Below, piece after piece: positions 1-11,412 of a stretch of DNA of 64,000 nucleotides. The stretch lies in assembly GCA_963841435.1 (NCBI GenBank), contig CAWJCS010000005.1, positions 608,001 to 672,000 of the forward strand, read 5' to 3'. The notes under the pieces were generated by a model. That model saw only the letters and a program-made list of their open reading frames with translations. It did not search any database and was not told the DNA's origin. The DNA is from an uncultured delta proteobacterium. GTDB lineage: Bacteria > Myxococcota_A > Polyangia > Polyangiales > Polyangiaceae. The stretch's first letter is position 1; each line of letters begins with the position of its first letter. The position numbers and the translations under genes were made by a program.

Positions 1-451
1 CTCCGCCCTGCCCAGCCGCTCCGCCGGCTCCCGCTCCACCCGCCCCCGCTCCACCCGCTCCCGCTCCAGCCATGCCCGCGATGCCGCCCGAGCCGGACTG
101 AGCGGGATCTCCGGCGCTCCCCGCCAGACCGCCGGCGCCACCCCCACCAATCCCCCCACTGCTCCCCGCCGTGCCGCCGGGCGCTCCTGCCACCCCCGCC
201 GCTCCCCCATCGGTACCGCCGCCGGCGACGGCACCGGAGGCTCCCGCCGACGCGGCCGCCCCACCGACCGAAGTGCCCGCCGCGCCGCCCAGCACCGTGC
301 CGCCGCTACCCGCGGGCCCGCCCGCCGCGCCCCCGACGCCCGAGCCACCGGAGCCCACGGTCGTCGTGGGCTCTGCGTCGCCGGAGCAAGCCCCCACGCC
401 GAGAAGTAGGAGCAAGGTCCCGAAAAACGAAAGGAGCCGTTGCTTCGACAT
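1..451 (-). CDS. Gly/Ala-rich linker lipoprotein, 5' part only (runs off the window start)
   Basis: Hand translation from ATG at 451: MSKQRLLSFFGTLLLLLGVGA-C-SGDAEPTTTVGSGG..., signal peptide with lipobox VGAC followed by a long GG-rich linker; no stop before position 1. Confidence 0.8.
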   Translation of the reverse strand, partial: MSKQRLLSFFGTLLLLLGVGACSGDAEPTTTVGSGGSGVGGAAGGPAGSGGTVLGGAAGTSVGGAAASAGASGAVAGGGTDGGAAGVAGAPGGTAGSSGGIGGGGAGGLAGSAGDPAQSGSGGIAGMAGAGAGGAGAGGAGAGGAAGQGG

Positions 452-653
452 CTTGTCTAAAGTTGCACGTTGCGGGCCGTTCCGTTCACGAAACGGCAGC
501 GAACGGGCTCGACGCCGCAGAGCCTGCTGGACCCGACGCGTGCGCGTCCTCGACGCATGAGAACGAGCGACGCGGAGCGCACGGACGCCGCGCGCCAAGA
601 AGCCAGGGTGGCGCGAGCCGAGCCGGCCGGAGCCAGTCGCGTGCGGTGCGGGC

Positions 654-2594
<1,941 letters not shown>

Positions 2595-2784
2595 GGGGGA
2601 CCTCGGCTTTATCGAACCGTTATCATGCCATCCGCGTCGGCCGCCGTCGATGGCCGGGCGCAAGCGCCCGCCAGCGGCCGGTTCCGATAGGAACCTGAAA
2701 CTCTTACGCAATCCCTAGCGCGAGAGTTTCGATCACGCGGCGCCAGGCGGGCCCCCAAGGGGTTTCCGGCGCGGCCGGCCGGGC

Positions 2785-3663
2785 CTAACCCGCCCTCGGC
2801 GCGACCCGTAGCGAGCCCGTCGCCGGGTCGAGCCGCGCCTCGAGCCCACCCTTCAGACGGACGCGCGCGCTCGTTTGCCGCCGGTCGAGCGCGCGCCGCA
2901 GGCTCCGCCGCTGCGCGCGCCCGAGCCCGGCGAGCGCGAGCACTCCGCCGAGCTCGTGGTCGAGCTCGGGCTCGGCGCCGGCGAGCAACTGGTCGGCGAG
3001 GGCGTTGAGGTGCCCGACGATACCCGGCGAAAGCTCGACCAGTAGCGGCATCACCTCCTCGCGCACGCGCACCCTGAGAAACCGGCGGTCGCGGTTGGAG
3101 GGGTCCAGGGCAAAGGCGACGCCGTGCCGCGCGAGGTGCGCGAGCACGTCCCGACGGCCGGCGCGCACGAGGGGTCGCAGGCGGTTCTCGAAGCGGGGCG
3201 GCAGCACGGCGAGCCCGGCAGGGCCCGCGCCCCGGAGCAGCCGCAAGAGGACGGTCTCGGCGCGATCGTCGGCATGGTGCGCCGTCGCGAGCAGCTCGGC
3301 ACCCTGGGCCACCTGCGCCGCCGCCAGCGCTTCGTAGCGGAGCGACCGGGCCCGCGCCTGCAAGTTGCCGCCGGGGGACACCTCGACGTGTGTGCGCGCG
3401 AACGGGACCCCGAGCCGCGCGGCGTGTGCTGCGGCGAGATCGAGCTCGGCCGTCGCCTCGGGACGCAGACCGTGATCGACCCCGTGCGCCGTGACTTCGA
3501 CGCCGAGCCCGGGCGCCAGGCGCGAAAGCACGTCGAGCAGCGCGAGGGAATCCGGCCCGCCCGACACCGCCACGAGAATGCGAGCGCCGCGCTCGACGGC
3601 GCACTCCTCGCGCAGCGTGCGCTTCGCCAGCGTGAGCAACGTTGGCGGGTGGGAGCGCCGCAT
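2785..3663 (-). CDS. tilS: tRNA(Ile)-lysidine synthetase, short form
   Basis: PP-loop SGGPDS, VDHGLR, TAHHADDRAET, DPSN...R.RVR motifs; usual position upstream of ftsH. Confidence 0.93.
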   Translation of the reverse strand: MRRSHPPTLLTLAKRTLREECAVERGARILVAVSGGPDSLALLDVLSRLAPGLGVEVTAHGVDHGLRPEATAELDLAAAHAARLGVPFARTHVEVSPGGNLQARARSLRYEALAAAQVAQGAELLATAHHADDRAETVLLRLLRGAGPAGLAVLPPRFENRLRPLVRAGRRDVLAHLARHGVAFALDPSNRDRRFLRVRVREEVMPLLVELSPGIVGHLNALADQLLAGAEPELDHELGGVLALAGLGRAQRRSLRRALDRRQTSARVRLKGGLEARLDPATGSLRVAPRAG

Positions 3664-3682
3664 GACGAGCCCGTACCCGAGC

Positions 3683-3877
3683 TCAGGCGAGCTCGAACTC
3701 CTTGCAGAACTCGAGCTTGCGGCACTCGGCCATCTCGATGCCGCGGTGCGGCTCGACGGGGTAGCCGTTCGCACAGGCCGCGCGCTCGGGGCAGAAGTGA
3801 ACGCACTCCTCGCAACGAAATCGCAAACGAAAGCGGGCTGCCTCGGAGCGCAGGCGTTCGTCGACGACCGTGATCAT
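3683..3877 (-). CDS. 64-aa Cys-rich protein, probably metal-binding
   Basis: MITVVDERLR...CEECVHFCPERAACANGYP...C...FCKEFELA; fills the gap between two co-oriented genes. Confidence 0.75.
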   Translation of the reverse strand: MITVVDERLRSEAARFRLRFRCEECVHFCPERAACANGYPVEPHRGIEMAECRKLEFCKEFELA

Positions 3878-3890
3878 GTCGGGCGCTCGG

Positions 3891-4508
3891 TCATTGGAAA
3901 GGCTGCGCGGGCTGCCCCCGCTCGAAGAAGAAGCGAAAGTACCCGGTGACGCGGCTCTGGTAGGTCGGATCGTTCGCACCGTCGCCGAGTAACAGGCGGG
4001 GGTCGGCGAAGGTCGCATCGAACGAGGCTTCGGTCAGGCGCTCGTCGGCCTGGTCCTCGTTCGGATCCCCGCTCCAAAGGGACTGGAAAGTGATGGTGCC
4101 CCCCACGGAGTACACGGTCCCGTTTTGGATGTGGCAGCTCGCGTGCAGATAAAGTGCGATGCTGACCGGCGCCGGATCCGGGTCGAACTCGATCGGCTCA
4201 CCGGGTGCGTGGACTCCGGCTGGGATGCCGACCTCGATCGGCGTCCCGATGAGCCCGCGGAGATGGGCGAGGTCGTTCACGACGATCAGGACGCCGTCGG
4301 AGAGCTCTTCGGTGTTGTCGCCCCGCTGAATGCGGAAGAGCAACGACTGCGCGCGGAACGAATTGCCGGCGAAGAAATCAGGGCCGAGATCGAACGTCCC
4401 GTTCCAGCAATCCTCCATGTACAGCCGATCGCTCTTGACCCAGCCCTCGCCGTCGCCCACACCACAGCCGAGCAAAAAGAGCGCCCCCACGAACGCGACG
4501 GCCCGCAT
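3891..4508 (-). CDS. Hypothetical lipoprotein
   Basis: Lipobox LLGC; start overlaps the mnmA stop (TGATG). Confidence 0.8.
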   Translation of the reverse strand: MRAVAFVGALFLLGCGVGDGEGWVKSDRLYMEDCWNGTFDLGPDFFAGNSFRAQSLLFRIQRGDNTEELSDGVLIVVNDLAHLRGLIGTPIEVGIPAGVHAPGEPIEFDPDPAPVSIALYLHASCHIQNGTVYSVGGTITFQSLWSGDPNEDQADERLTEASFDATFADPRLLLGDGANDPTYQSRVTGYFRFFFERGQPAQPFQ

Positions 4509-5629
4509 CAAACCGAGCCCCCCGCCTGGTCGGCGAGGCCGATCGCTTGCGCTTCGGTCGCTCGCCCGAGCGCCGCGCGGATCACGCCGCCGCCGAGCAC
4601 GCGGTCGCCGGCAAGGAACACGGCATATTGGCCGGGTACGACCGCGCTCGCGGGCCGCTCGAGCTCGACGCGCAGGCCGTCGGGCACGCGGCTCACGCGC
4701 GCGGGGTGCCGCGCGCCGCGGTAGCGAACGAGCACGTCGCAGGAAAACGGCGGCTCGACGCCCTGCTGCAGGCTCACCTCGCCGACGAGCGCCCCCGTCG
4801 CGAGCAGCGCCTCGGCGCCGCCGAGCCGCACTGTGCCCGAAACGGGCTCGATGCCCGTCACGTACGCCCGCCGCCCGAGCGCCACACCGAGGTTCTTGCG
4901 CTGACCGATCGTGAAGCCGTGGACGCCGCCGTGCTGCCCGACGGTGCGACCGGTCTCGTCGACGATCGGCCCGGGGCGAACGCGAGCACCCGCGCGCTCA
5001 GCGACGAAGTCGTCGTAGCGACCCGCCGGCACGAAGCAAAGCTCCTGGCTCTCGCCCTTGTCGGCGCCCGGCAACCCGAGCGCGCGAGCCTCCGCGCGCA
5101 CCGCACGCTTGTCGAGCTCACCGAGCGGCAGCACGAGCCGCGACAGCGCAGCCTGATCGAGCATGTGCAAAAAGTAGCTCTGGTCCTTGTCGAGGTCGCG
5201 CGCGCGGTGCAGCTCGAAGGTGTCATCCCGGCGCGCGATGCGCGCGTAGTGGCCCGTCGCAACGCCCTCCGCTCCGAGGCGCTCGGCGAGCCCGAGCAAC
5301 TCCGGTAGCTTCACGCCACGGTTGCAGCGCACGCAGGGGCTCGGCGTGGCCCCGGCGAGGTACCCGTCGACGAACGGATCGACCACTTCGCGGCGGAACA
5401 GGGCGCGCCGATCGAAAACGTAGTGCGCGAACCCGAGGTGATCGGCCACCCGCCGCGCGTCGTGGATGTCCTCGGGCGCGCAGCAGCGGCTTTTGACGCT
5501 CGCGTCATCGGGGTAGTCCCAGAGGTGGAGCGTCACCCCGACGACCTCGTACCCCTCTGCGTGCAAGAGCGCCGCGGCGACGGACGAGTCAACGCCACCG
5601 CTCATCGCTACGAGAACGCGCGAGGTCAC
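4508..5629 (-). CDS. mnmA: tRNA 2-thiouridine(34) synthase MnmA
   Basis: AMSGGVDSS PP-loop, PSPCVRCN, ATGHYA, KDQSYFL, ESQELCF, FTIGQRKNLG, PGQYAVF. Confidence 0.97.
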   Translation of the reverse strand: MTSRVLVAMSGGVDSSVAAALLHAEGYEVVGVTLHLWDYPDDASVKSRCCAPEDIHDARRVADHLGFAHYVFDRRALFRREVVDPFVDGYLAGATPSPCVRCNRGVKLPELLGLAERLGAEGVATGHYARIARRDDTFELHRARDLDKDQSYFLHMLDQAALSRLVLPLGELDKRAVRAEARALGLPGADKGESQELCFVPAGRYDDFVAERAGARVRPGPIVDETGRTVGQHGGVHGFTIGQRKNLGVALGRRAYVTGIEPVSGTVRLGGAEALLATGALVGEVSLQQGVEPPFSCDVLVRYRGARHPARVSRVPDGLRVELERPASAVVPGQYAVFLAGDRVLGGGVIRAALGRATEAQAIGLADQAGGSV

Positions 5630-5682
5630 GGGTCGAAGGGTAGCAAAGAACGGCAGACGCGGAGCGCTCTAAAAAGGACCGC

Positions 5683-5835
5683 TTGAGCTTGCTGGAGGTC
5701 CCGAGGAGGCTGCCCGCGGCGAGCGTCGCGACGAGCGCCGTGGAGCCGCCGCCCGAGGCCGAGCTGCCGTTGAACGTGGAACAAGCTGCGCCTGCCCGGA
5801 AGAAGGCGTCCGAAATTTTCGCGGGTCTCGCGTGA
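5683..5835 (+). CDS. Possible 50-aa protein (below the ORF-track cutoff)
   Basis: TTG start after AAAAGGA, GC3-biased codons, MSLLEVPRRLPAASVATSAVEPPPEAELPLNVEQAAPARKKASEIFAGLA; fills an intergenic gap. Confidence 0.35.
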   Translation: MSLLEVPRRLPAASVATSAVEPPPEAELPLNVEQAAPARKKASEIFAGLA

Positions 5836-5843
5836 CGACGCGC

Positions 5844-6899
5844 CTATCCCGGGACGAGCTCCGCGACGACGAGCTCGGGTGGGCAGAACAACCTCAAGGG
5901 TGGTGCGTCGGCGCCGATGCCCGTCGAGACGACGAGGTGCGTCGCGTCGATGACGAAGTGCCCGCGATCGAAGCGCCTGCCGTAGTCGGACGGAACGAGC
6001 AAGGCACCGAACCATGGCACGCGGAGCTGACCGCCGTGGGTGTGCCCGGCGAGCACGATCCCCACGTGCTCGCCGGCAAGCTCGTACACGTTGTCGGGCG
6101 TGTGGCTGAGCACGACGGTCGGCAGCGGCGGCAGCACACGGAGGTCGGGGGCGGCACGCCCCCAGGGCGCGTCGGTGCCGCACAGTCTGAGCGGCGTGCC
6201 TTCGCCGACGTCGAGCGTCCGGCACTCGCCCGTCACGAGCTCGACGTGCGCGGCGCTGAGCACGGTGCGCACGCGCTCGGCCTGGCCGGCCCAGTAGTCG
6301 TGGTTGCCGAGCACGGCGTAGGTGCCGAACCGTGCGGGCGGCAGCGCATCGAGCCAGCGCTCGAACGCCGGGACGTTCTTCGCCTTGGACACGTAGTCGC
6401 CCGTCAGGACCACGAGATCCGCATGGGCGTCGCGCATGGCGCGCCGCACGCGCTCGACGTATTCGGGGGGCACGCGCGGCGTCACGTGCAGGTCGCTCAG
6501 GTGCAGCACGCGCAGCGGCGCGCGGAGCCCAGCGAGCGGCAGCCGATAGCGGCGAACCTTCAGATCGGTCGTCGTGACGATTGGCCAGACCTCGAGCGGC
6601 TCGGCCTCGAAGCGATAGACGTGCCGGAGCCAGAGGCGATGCGCCTCGCCGAGCACGAAGAGCGCGAAGACGAGGAGCCATGGCAGCTCGGCGCGAAAGC
6701 CGCGCCTCAGCGAGTAGACGCCGAGCGCCGCGAGCGCGAGGCCGAGCGCCACCTGGATCGGGACCTTGGGGACTCGATCGTCCCACTGCAACACCATGTG
6801 GCTACCGGAGTACGCCCACACGGCGAGCGCTGCGCCCGTGAGGGCCGAGAGCCGCAAACCGAGTCGGAGGCGCCGAGCGAGCGCGCTATCCCGAGGCAC
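5844..6899 (-). CDS. Membrane-anchored metallophosphoesterase (calcineurin-like, YkuE/YaeI type)
   Basis: Three N-terminal TM helices; DLH, GDYV, GNHD, SHTPD, GHTHGGQ motifs. Confidence 0.9.
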   Translation of the reverse strand: MPRDSALARRLRLGLRLSALTGAALAVWAYSGSHMVLQWDDRVPKVPIQVALGLALAALGVYSLRRGFRAELPWLLVFALFVLGEAHRLWLRHVYRFEAEPLEVWPIVTTTDLKVRRYRLPLAGLRAPLRVLHLSDLHVTPRVPPEYVERVRRAMRDAHADLVVLTGDYVSKAKNVPAFERWLDALPPARFGTYAVLGNHDYWAGQAERVRTVLSAAHVELVTGECRTLDVGEGTPLRLCGTDAPWGRAAPDLRVLPPLPTVVLSHTPDNVYELAGEHVGIVLAGHTHGGQLRVPWFGALLVPSDYGRRFDRGHFVIDATHLVVSTGIGADAPPLRLFCPPELVVAELVPG

Positions 6900-7602
6900 C
6901 CTTGAGCCGCTCCGTCAGCCGCTTGATGGCACGCGTGTGCAAGCGGCTCGCCCAGCTCTTGCTGAGCCCGAGCTCCTTGGCCACGAGGTCGAAGCGCTCG
7001 CCCTCGAGGTAGTGCCGCCTGACGAGCTCCGCTTCCTCGCGTGGCAGCTCGTCGATCGACCGCCGCACGAGCTCGAGCAGCTCGGCGCGACCGAGCGCGT
7101 CCTCGGGCGTCGACTCGTCGGACACGGGGATGCGCTCGTTGCCGTCGCCGTACCCGGTCTTCGACAAGAGCCCGACCGCGACCGCCGTCGCCATGGCCGC
7201 AAGATGCTCACCGAGGGCGCGGTCGGCGTCGGCGGGCGTCGCTCCCGGCGGACGCGGCGCGAACGCGTCCTCGAGCGAGCCCTCGCTCAGCCGGGCGGCC
7301 GCGGCCATCCCCGAGAGGCGCTCGTGCGCCCGCCGTGGCAGACGCGCGCTCGCCCGCACGCCGTCGATAATGGCGCCCCGCACCCGAAAGCTCGCGTAGC
7401 CACGGAACGGCACGCCGCGCGAGGCATCGAACTTTCGCGCCGCGTCGAGCAGCCCCTCCCGACCGAAGCTCTTGAGCTCCTCGAGGTCGGCGCTCGGCCC
7501 GAGCTCGCGCGCAATGCGGCGCGCAACGGCGTCCACGAGATCGAGCGCCGACTCGAAGCGGGCCACTTCCTCTGGCGCCTGCACGGCGGGGGACTCTACC
7601 AC
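6886..7602 (-). CDS. Sigma-70 family sigma factor, FliA/WhiG-like
   Basis: Region 2 GREGLLDAARKFDASRGVPFRGYASFRVRGAIID, region 4 AKELGLSKSWASRLH. Start codon uncertain (GTG 7602 or 7584). Confidence 0.88.
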   Translation of the reverse strand: MVESPAVQAPEEVARFESALDLVDAVARRIARELGPSADLEELKSFGREGLLDAARKFDASRGVPFRGYASFRVRGAIIDGVRASARLPRRAHERLSGMAAAARLSEGSLEDAFAPRPPGATPADADRALGEHLAAMATAVAVGLLSKTGYGDGNERIPVSDESTPEDALGRAELLELVRRSIDELPREEAELVRRHYLEGERFDLVAKELGLSKSWASRLHTRAIKRLTERLKGASG

Positions 7603-7646
7603 CGCTTCGTGCGCCGCGGAGAGGCGCGTGGCATAGTGGCGGGGCC

Positions 7647-8240
7647 ATGGCGCGCTGGGGCCGCTTCGCCGCCGCATACGCTCTGATGGCGCTGATCGCG
7701 TCGGGCATCGCGCTCGGCACGCGCGGCCAGCTGCCACTCACCGTGAGCCCCCCGTGGCTGCCGCTGCGGCCGCCGCTCGATGTCCTCTATAGCCTCGGCC
7801 TCGGCACCTGCGTCGGCCTGCTGGTCGCCATCGGCACGCGCTACGCCGTGCCGCGCTTCGCCTGGGCCCGAAACCTGCACCGGGAGCTCCGGCCGCTGAC
7901 GAGCGGCCTCACGACGCCGGGCATCGTCGCTCTCGCCGTGACGAGCTCCTTCGGCGAGGAGCTACTGTTTCGCGGGCTGCTCCAGCCCTGGCTCGGCCTG
8001 TGGCTCTCGGCGCTGCTCTTCGGCGTGCTCCACCAGCTCGCCGGCCCGAGCCGCTGGGTCTGGGCGGGGTGGGCGACCCTGATCGGCCTCGTCCTGGGCG
8101 GGATCTTTGCGCTCACCGGATCCCTGGTCGGGCCGCTCGCCGCACACGCGCTCGTGAATGGTCTCAATCTCAGCTACTTGCGTACCCATGATCCCGAGCC
8201 GCGGCGGGGTCTCGGGGGCCTGCTCGGGTCACGCGGATGA
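7647..8240 (+). CDS. CPBP (Abi/CAAX-type) intramembrane glutamic endopeptidase
   Basis: EELLFRG, FGVLH and HALVN motifs in a multi-TM protein. Confidence 0.9.
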   Translation: MARWGRFAAAYALMALIASGIALGTRGQLPLTVSPPWLPLRPPLDVLYSLGLGTCVGLLVAIGTRYAVPRFAWARNLHRELRPLTSGLTTPGIVALAVTSSFGEELLFRGLLQPWLGLWLSALLFGVLHQLAGPSRWVWAGWATLIGLVLGGIFALTGSLVGPLAAHALVNGLNLSYLRTHDPEPRRGLGGLLGSRG

Positions 8241-8277
8241 CGTGTTATCGTGGGGACGGTTTAGCGTAGCCGCCACC

Positions 8278-9777
8278 ATGAGCCAGATCGATTCGGGTTT
8301 GCCCGAGGATAGGCCGCGGGTTCTCGTCGTCAACGACGAGAAATTCATTCGCGACATCATCGCCGACTTCCTCGGCATGGAGGGGTACATCGTCCGTACG
8401 GCCGAGGACGGGTCGAGCGCCGTGAGCGAGCTCGAGCGGGCGCGCTACGACATGGTCATCAGCGACCTGAAGATGCCGCGCATGGGTGGCCTCGACCTGC
8501 TCAAGGAGGTGTCGAGGGCCCACCCGGACACGCTGACCGTCATCATGACGGGGTTCGGCACCGTCGAGACCGCGATCGACGCCATGAAGCGCGGTGCCTA
8601 CGACTACATCCTCAAGCCTTTCAAGGTGGAGGAGGTCGTCCACATCGTGCAGCGCGGGCTCGAAAAGCGCCGTCTCACGGCCGAGAATCTGCGCCTGCGC
8701 GAAGCGCTCTCGCTCTACAAAGTGAGCGAGGCCATCGCCGCGAGCCTGTCGCTCGACGAGGTGATCACGACGCTCACGGACGGCGCGCTGTCCGAGGTTC
8801 GCGCCGATGCCGCAGCGACCTGGCTCGACGACGGCGAGGGCGGGTACTTCCAGCGCCGCCTCACGCCAGCGTCCACGCTGCCCGCGGGCGAGGATTTCGG
8901 TCAGCTCGACGAGACACGCGTCGTCGAGCTGCTCAAGGCCGGGACGCCCCTCGTGGAACATGGCGCGCGCGCTCGCGACCTGTTCCGCGAGCACCCCGCG
9001 CGCCAGGTCTCCAGCGTCGCCATCGTGCCGCTCAAGATGCGCGACCGCCTGCTCGGCTGGATCGCCGTCATCTCGCTCACCGCGAGCCGGCGCTTCGACG
9101 AGGGGCAGCGCAAGCTACTCAGCATGATGGCATCGCGCGCCGCCGCGGCGATCGAAAACGCGCGCCTCTACGAGGACCTACAGGCGACGTTCCAGCAGAC
9201 GATCCAGACCCTCGCGCGCACGATCGATCGCATGGATCACTACACGGCGGGGCACTCCGAGCGCGTTGCGCGCTACGCCGTCGCGCTCGCTCGCTGGCTC
9301 GGGTTGCCCGAGCACGACATCGACGTCGTGCGCCACTCCGCGCTGATGCACGACATTGGCAAGATCGGCTGCGTGATGAACCTCAACAAGCCGGGCAAGC
9401 TCACGCTCGACGAGTACGAGATCTTCAAGCGCCACCCGGTCTACGGTCGGGAAATCCTGGACCCGATCCGCTTCTTGGGCCCGGTCGTCCCCGGGGTCTA
9501 CCTGCATCACGAGCGCTGGGACGGGCGCGGCTACCCGCTGGGCCTCGGCAAGGGCGAGATCCCGCTCATCGCGCGCATCATCTCGGTCGCGGACACCTAC
9601 GACGCCATGACGAGCGACCGCTCGTACCGCCGAGCGCTCCCCCACGACGTGACCGTGACCGAAATCGAGCGTTGCTCGGGCACGCAATTCGATCCTGATC
9701 TCGCGGGCACGTTCGTCGAGGGCATCGAAGATTTCCGCGAGGAGGCGCTCTCCTCGGGCGAGCAGGTGCCCGAGTGA
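8278..9777 (+). CDS. Response regulator with REC-GAF-HD-GYP domains (putative c-di-GMP phosphodiesterase)
   Basis: REC (ISDLKMP, KPF), central GAF, HDIGK and HHERWDGRGYP, RSYR motifs. Confidence 0.92.
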   Translation: MSQIDSGLPEDRPRVLVVNDEKFIRDIIADFLGMEGYIVRTAEDGSSAVSELERARYDMVISDLKMPRMGGLDLLKEVSRAHPDTLTVIMTGFGTVETAIDAMKRGAYDYILKPFKVEEVVHIVQRGLEKRRLTAENLRLREALSLYKVSEAIAASLSLDEVITTLTDGALSEVRADAAATWLDDGEGGYFQRRLTPASTLPAGEDFGQLDETRVVELLKAGTPLVEHGARARDLFREHPARQVSSVAIVPLKMRDRLLGWIAVISLTASRRFDEGQRKLLSMMASRAAAAIENARLYEDLQATFQQTIQTLARTIDRMDHYTAGHSERVARYAVALARWLGLPEHDIDVVRHSALMHDIGKIGCVMNLNKPGKLTLDEYEIFKRHPVYGREILDPIRFLGPVVPGVYLHHERWDGRGYPLGLGKGEIPLIARIISVADTYDAMTSDRSYRRALPHDVTVTEIERCSGTQFDPDLAGTFVEGIEDFREEALSSGEQVPE

Positions 9778-10523
9778 GGCTCTTGCGCGGCGTGTGGCTC
9801 GGCCGGCAGCCGTACGCCCCGCTGCAAGCCTTGCAAGAGCGGCTGCTCCGAGCGCGTCAAGAGGGCCGCATCGGGGACACGTTGCTCCTTTTGGAGCACG
9901 AGCCCGTCGTGACGCTCGGGCGCGGCGCCAAGGCCGAGCACGTGCTCGCGACGGCCGCAGTGCTCGAGGAACGCGGCGTGGCGCTCGTATCATCGAGTCG
10001 CGGCGGTGACGTCACGCTGCACCTGCCCGGACAGCTCATCGGCTATCCGATCGTCAACCTTTCCCCCGATCGGCGCGACGTGCGGCGCTGGGTGCGCCTG
10101 CTCACCGAAACGATGCGACGCGTCGCCGAGGAGCTCGGGGTCGCCTCGGGACGCCACGAAGAGCACGTGGGGCTGTGGGCCGACGCCGCGACACCTGGCA
10201 CGTTCACGAGCGCCGAGGCGGCCCAAAGGCTCGTGAAGATCGGCGCCATCGGCGTGCGCATCTCGCGCTGGGTCACGATGCACGGCTTCGCCCTGAACCT
10301 CGCGCCCGAGCTCGACCTCTACGAGCTCATCGTGCCTTGCGGCATCCGCGAGCACGGTGTCGGCTCGATCGCATCGCTCGGGGGGCGCGCGGTCTCGGTC
10401 GAGCAGGCCGCCGAGCGCGCCCTCGCCGTCTTCGCCGAGCTCACGAAAAGCCAGCCGGCCTTTCTCGAGCGCGCAGCGAGAGGAGCGCTCGAGCCGAGCG
10501 AGGCCGCGGGATTCACCGCCTGA
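9774..10523 (+). CDS. lipB: Lipoyl(octanoyl) transferase LipB
   Basis: EHEPVVTLGR, RGGDVTLHLPGQL, KIGAIG, HGFALN, IVPCGI. Confidence 0.93.
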   Translation: MRLLRGVWLGRQPYAPLQALQERLLRARQEGRIGDTLLLLEHEPVVTLGRGAKAEHVLATAAVLEERGVALVSSSRGGDVTLHLPGQLIGYPIVNLSPDRRDVRRWVRLLTETMRRVAEELGVASGRHEEHVGLWADAATPGTFTSAEAAQRLVKIGAIGVRISRWVTMHGFALNLAPELDLYELIVPCGIREHGVGSIASLGGRAVSVEQAAERALAVFAELTKSQPAFLERAARGALEPSEAAGFTA

Positions 10524-10533
10524 AAGGGCCCAC

Positions 10534-11412
10534 TCAGTTACCGGTCGCCCCGGCCTCGCCCGCCTGGCCGCCCTGCGGCGAGCCCCCGTTCGATTCGCCG
10601 CCCTGGCCGCCCTCACCGGCCGCGCCGCCCTCGCCCGTGTCGGGGCAGCGCCCCGAGGGCTCCTTGCCCCAGGCGAGCGCGCCGTCGATGTAGACGGTGA
10701 TGTGGTCGTTGGGGGCGGGTGGATTGCTCGTGAGCGTCGGCGCGAACGAGTAGTCGTTCGACTGATCGAAGCGCGCGCCGTTTCGGCCCTGGATGCGAAA
10801 CTGTACCTCGGTCGGGTTGAGATCCGTGTCGTTGTGCGGGGGGACTTCGTTGCCGGAAAACGTGATGAAGAGGTGGCTGAGCTCACCGTCGTCGACGTAC
10901 GTCGCGTGCTCGCCCGAGACCTGCGGCCCGCGGTAGTCGGTCACAGGGCTGTCGAACTCGGGCTCCGCCGTCATCCAGTAGCGGACGGTGACGTGCGCGA
11001 GGTCCAGCGGCTGGTCCGACTTGTTCTCGAAGTAGAGGTGCATGAACAGCTGGTCCGACATCGCGCTCGCGTTGCCGACGATGTAACGGAGCACGACGCC
11101 CGCGTCGTCGATCGCCCCCGAGCCGCAGGCGGGGAGCCCCCCCGAACCACCGGCACCCGACGTGCCGCCCGTGCCGGCGCCGGAGCCGCCGCTGCCGCCC
11201 GTGGCGGCGCTACCGCCGACCCCGGAGCTTCCGCCCTTGCCCGTCGACGTGCCACCCGAGCCCAGCGTGCCGCCGACGCCGGTGCCCGCGGAGCCGCCGC
11301 GTCCCGCGCTCGGCACGGCGCTTCCGACGAGCGGCGAGTCTTCCGCCTTGGCGCAAGACCAGACCAGCAATGCCAAAGATCCCCCGATCGAACACTTAGA
11401 AGCCAAGCTCAT
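10534..11412 (-). CDS. Lipoprotein with Gly-rich linker and CBM3-like cellulose-binding domain
   Basis: Lipobox VWSC; LDLAHVTVRYWMT, EVQFRI, FDQSNDYSF, HITVYIDGALAWGKEP match my recollection of the CBM3 pattern. Confidence 0.8.
   Translation of the reverse strand: MSLASKCSIGGSLALLVWSCAKAEDSPLVGSAVPSAGRGGSAGTGVGGTLGSGGTSTGKGGSSGVGGSAATGGSGGSGAGTGGTSGAGGSGGLPACGSGAIDDAGVVLRYIVGNASAMSDQLFMHLYFENKSDQPLDLAHVTVRYWMTAEPEFDSPVTDYRGPQVSGEHATYVDDGELSHLFITFSGNEVPPHNDTDLNPTEVQFRIQGRNGARFDQSNDYSFAPTLTSNPPAPNDHITVYIDGALAWGKEPSGRCPDTGEGGAAGEGGQGGESNGGSPQGGQAGEAGATGN

Noticed and set aside
8278-8700. Pseudo-receiver because of VVNDE
   Set aside because: Phospho-acceptor Asp, Thr and Lys are intact; the Asn may be a G>A read error.
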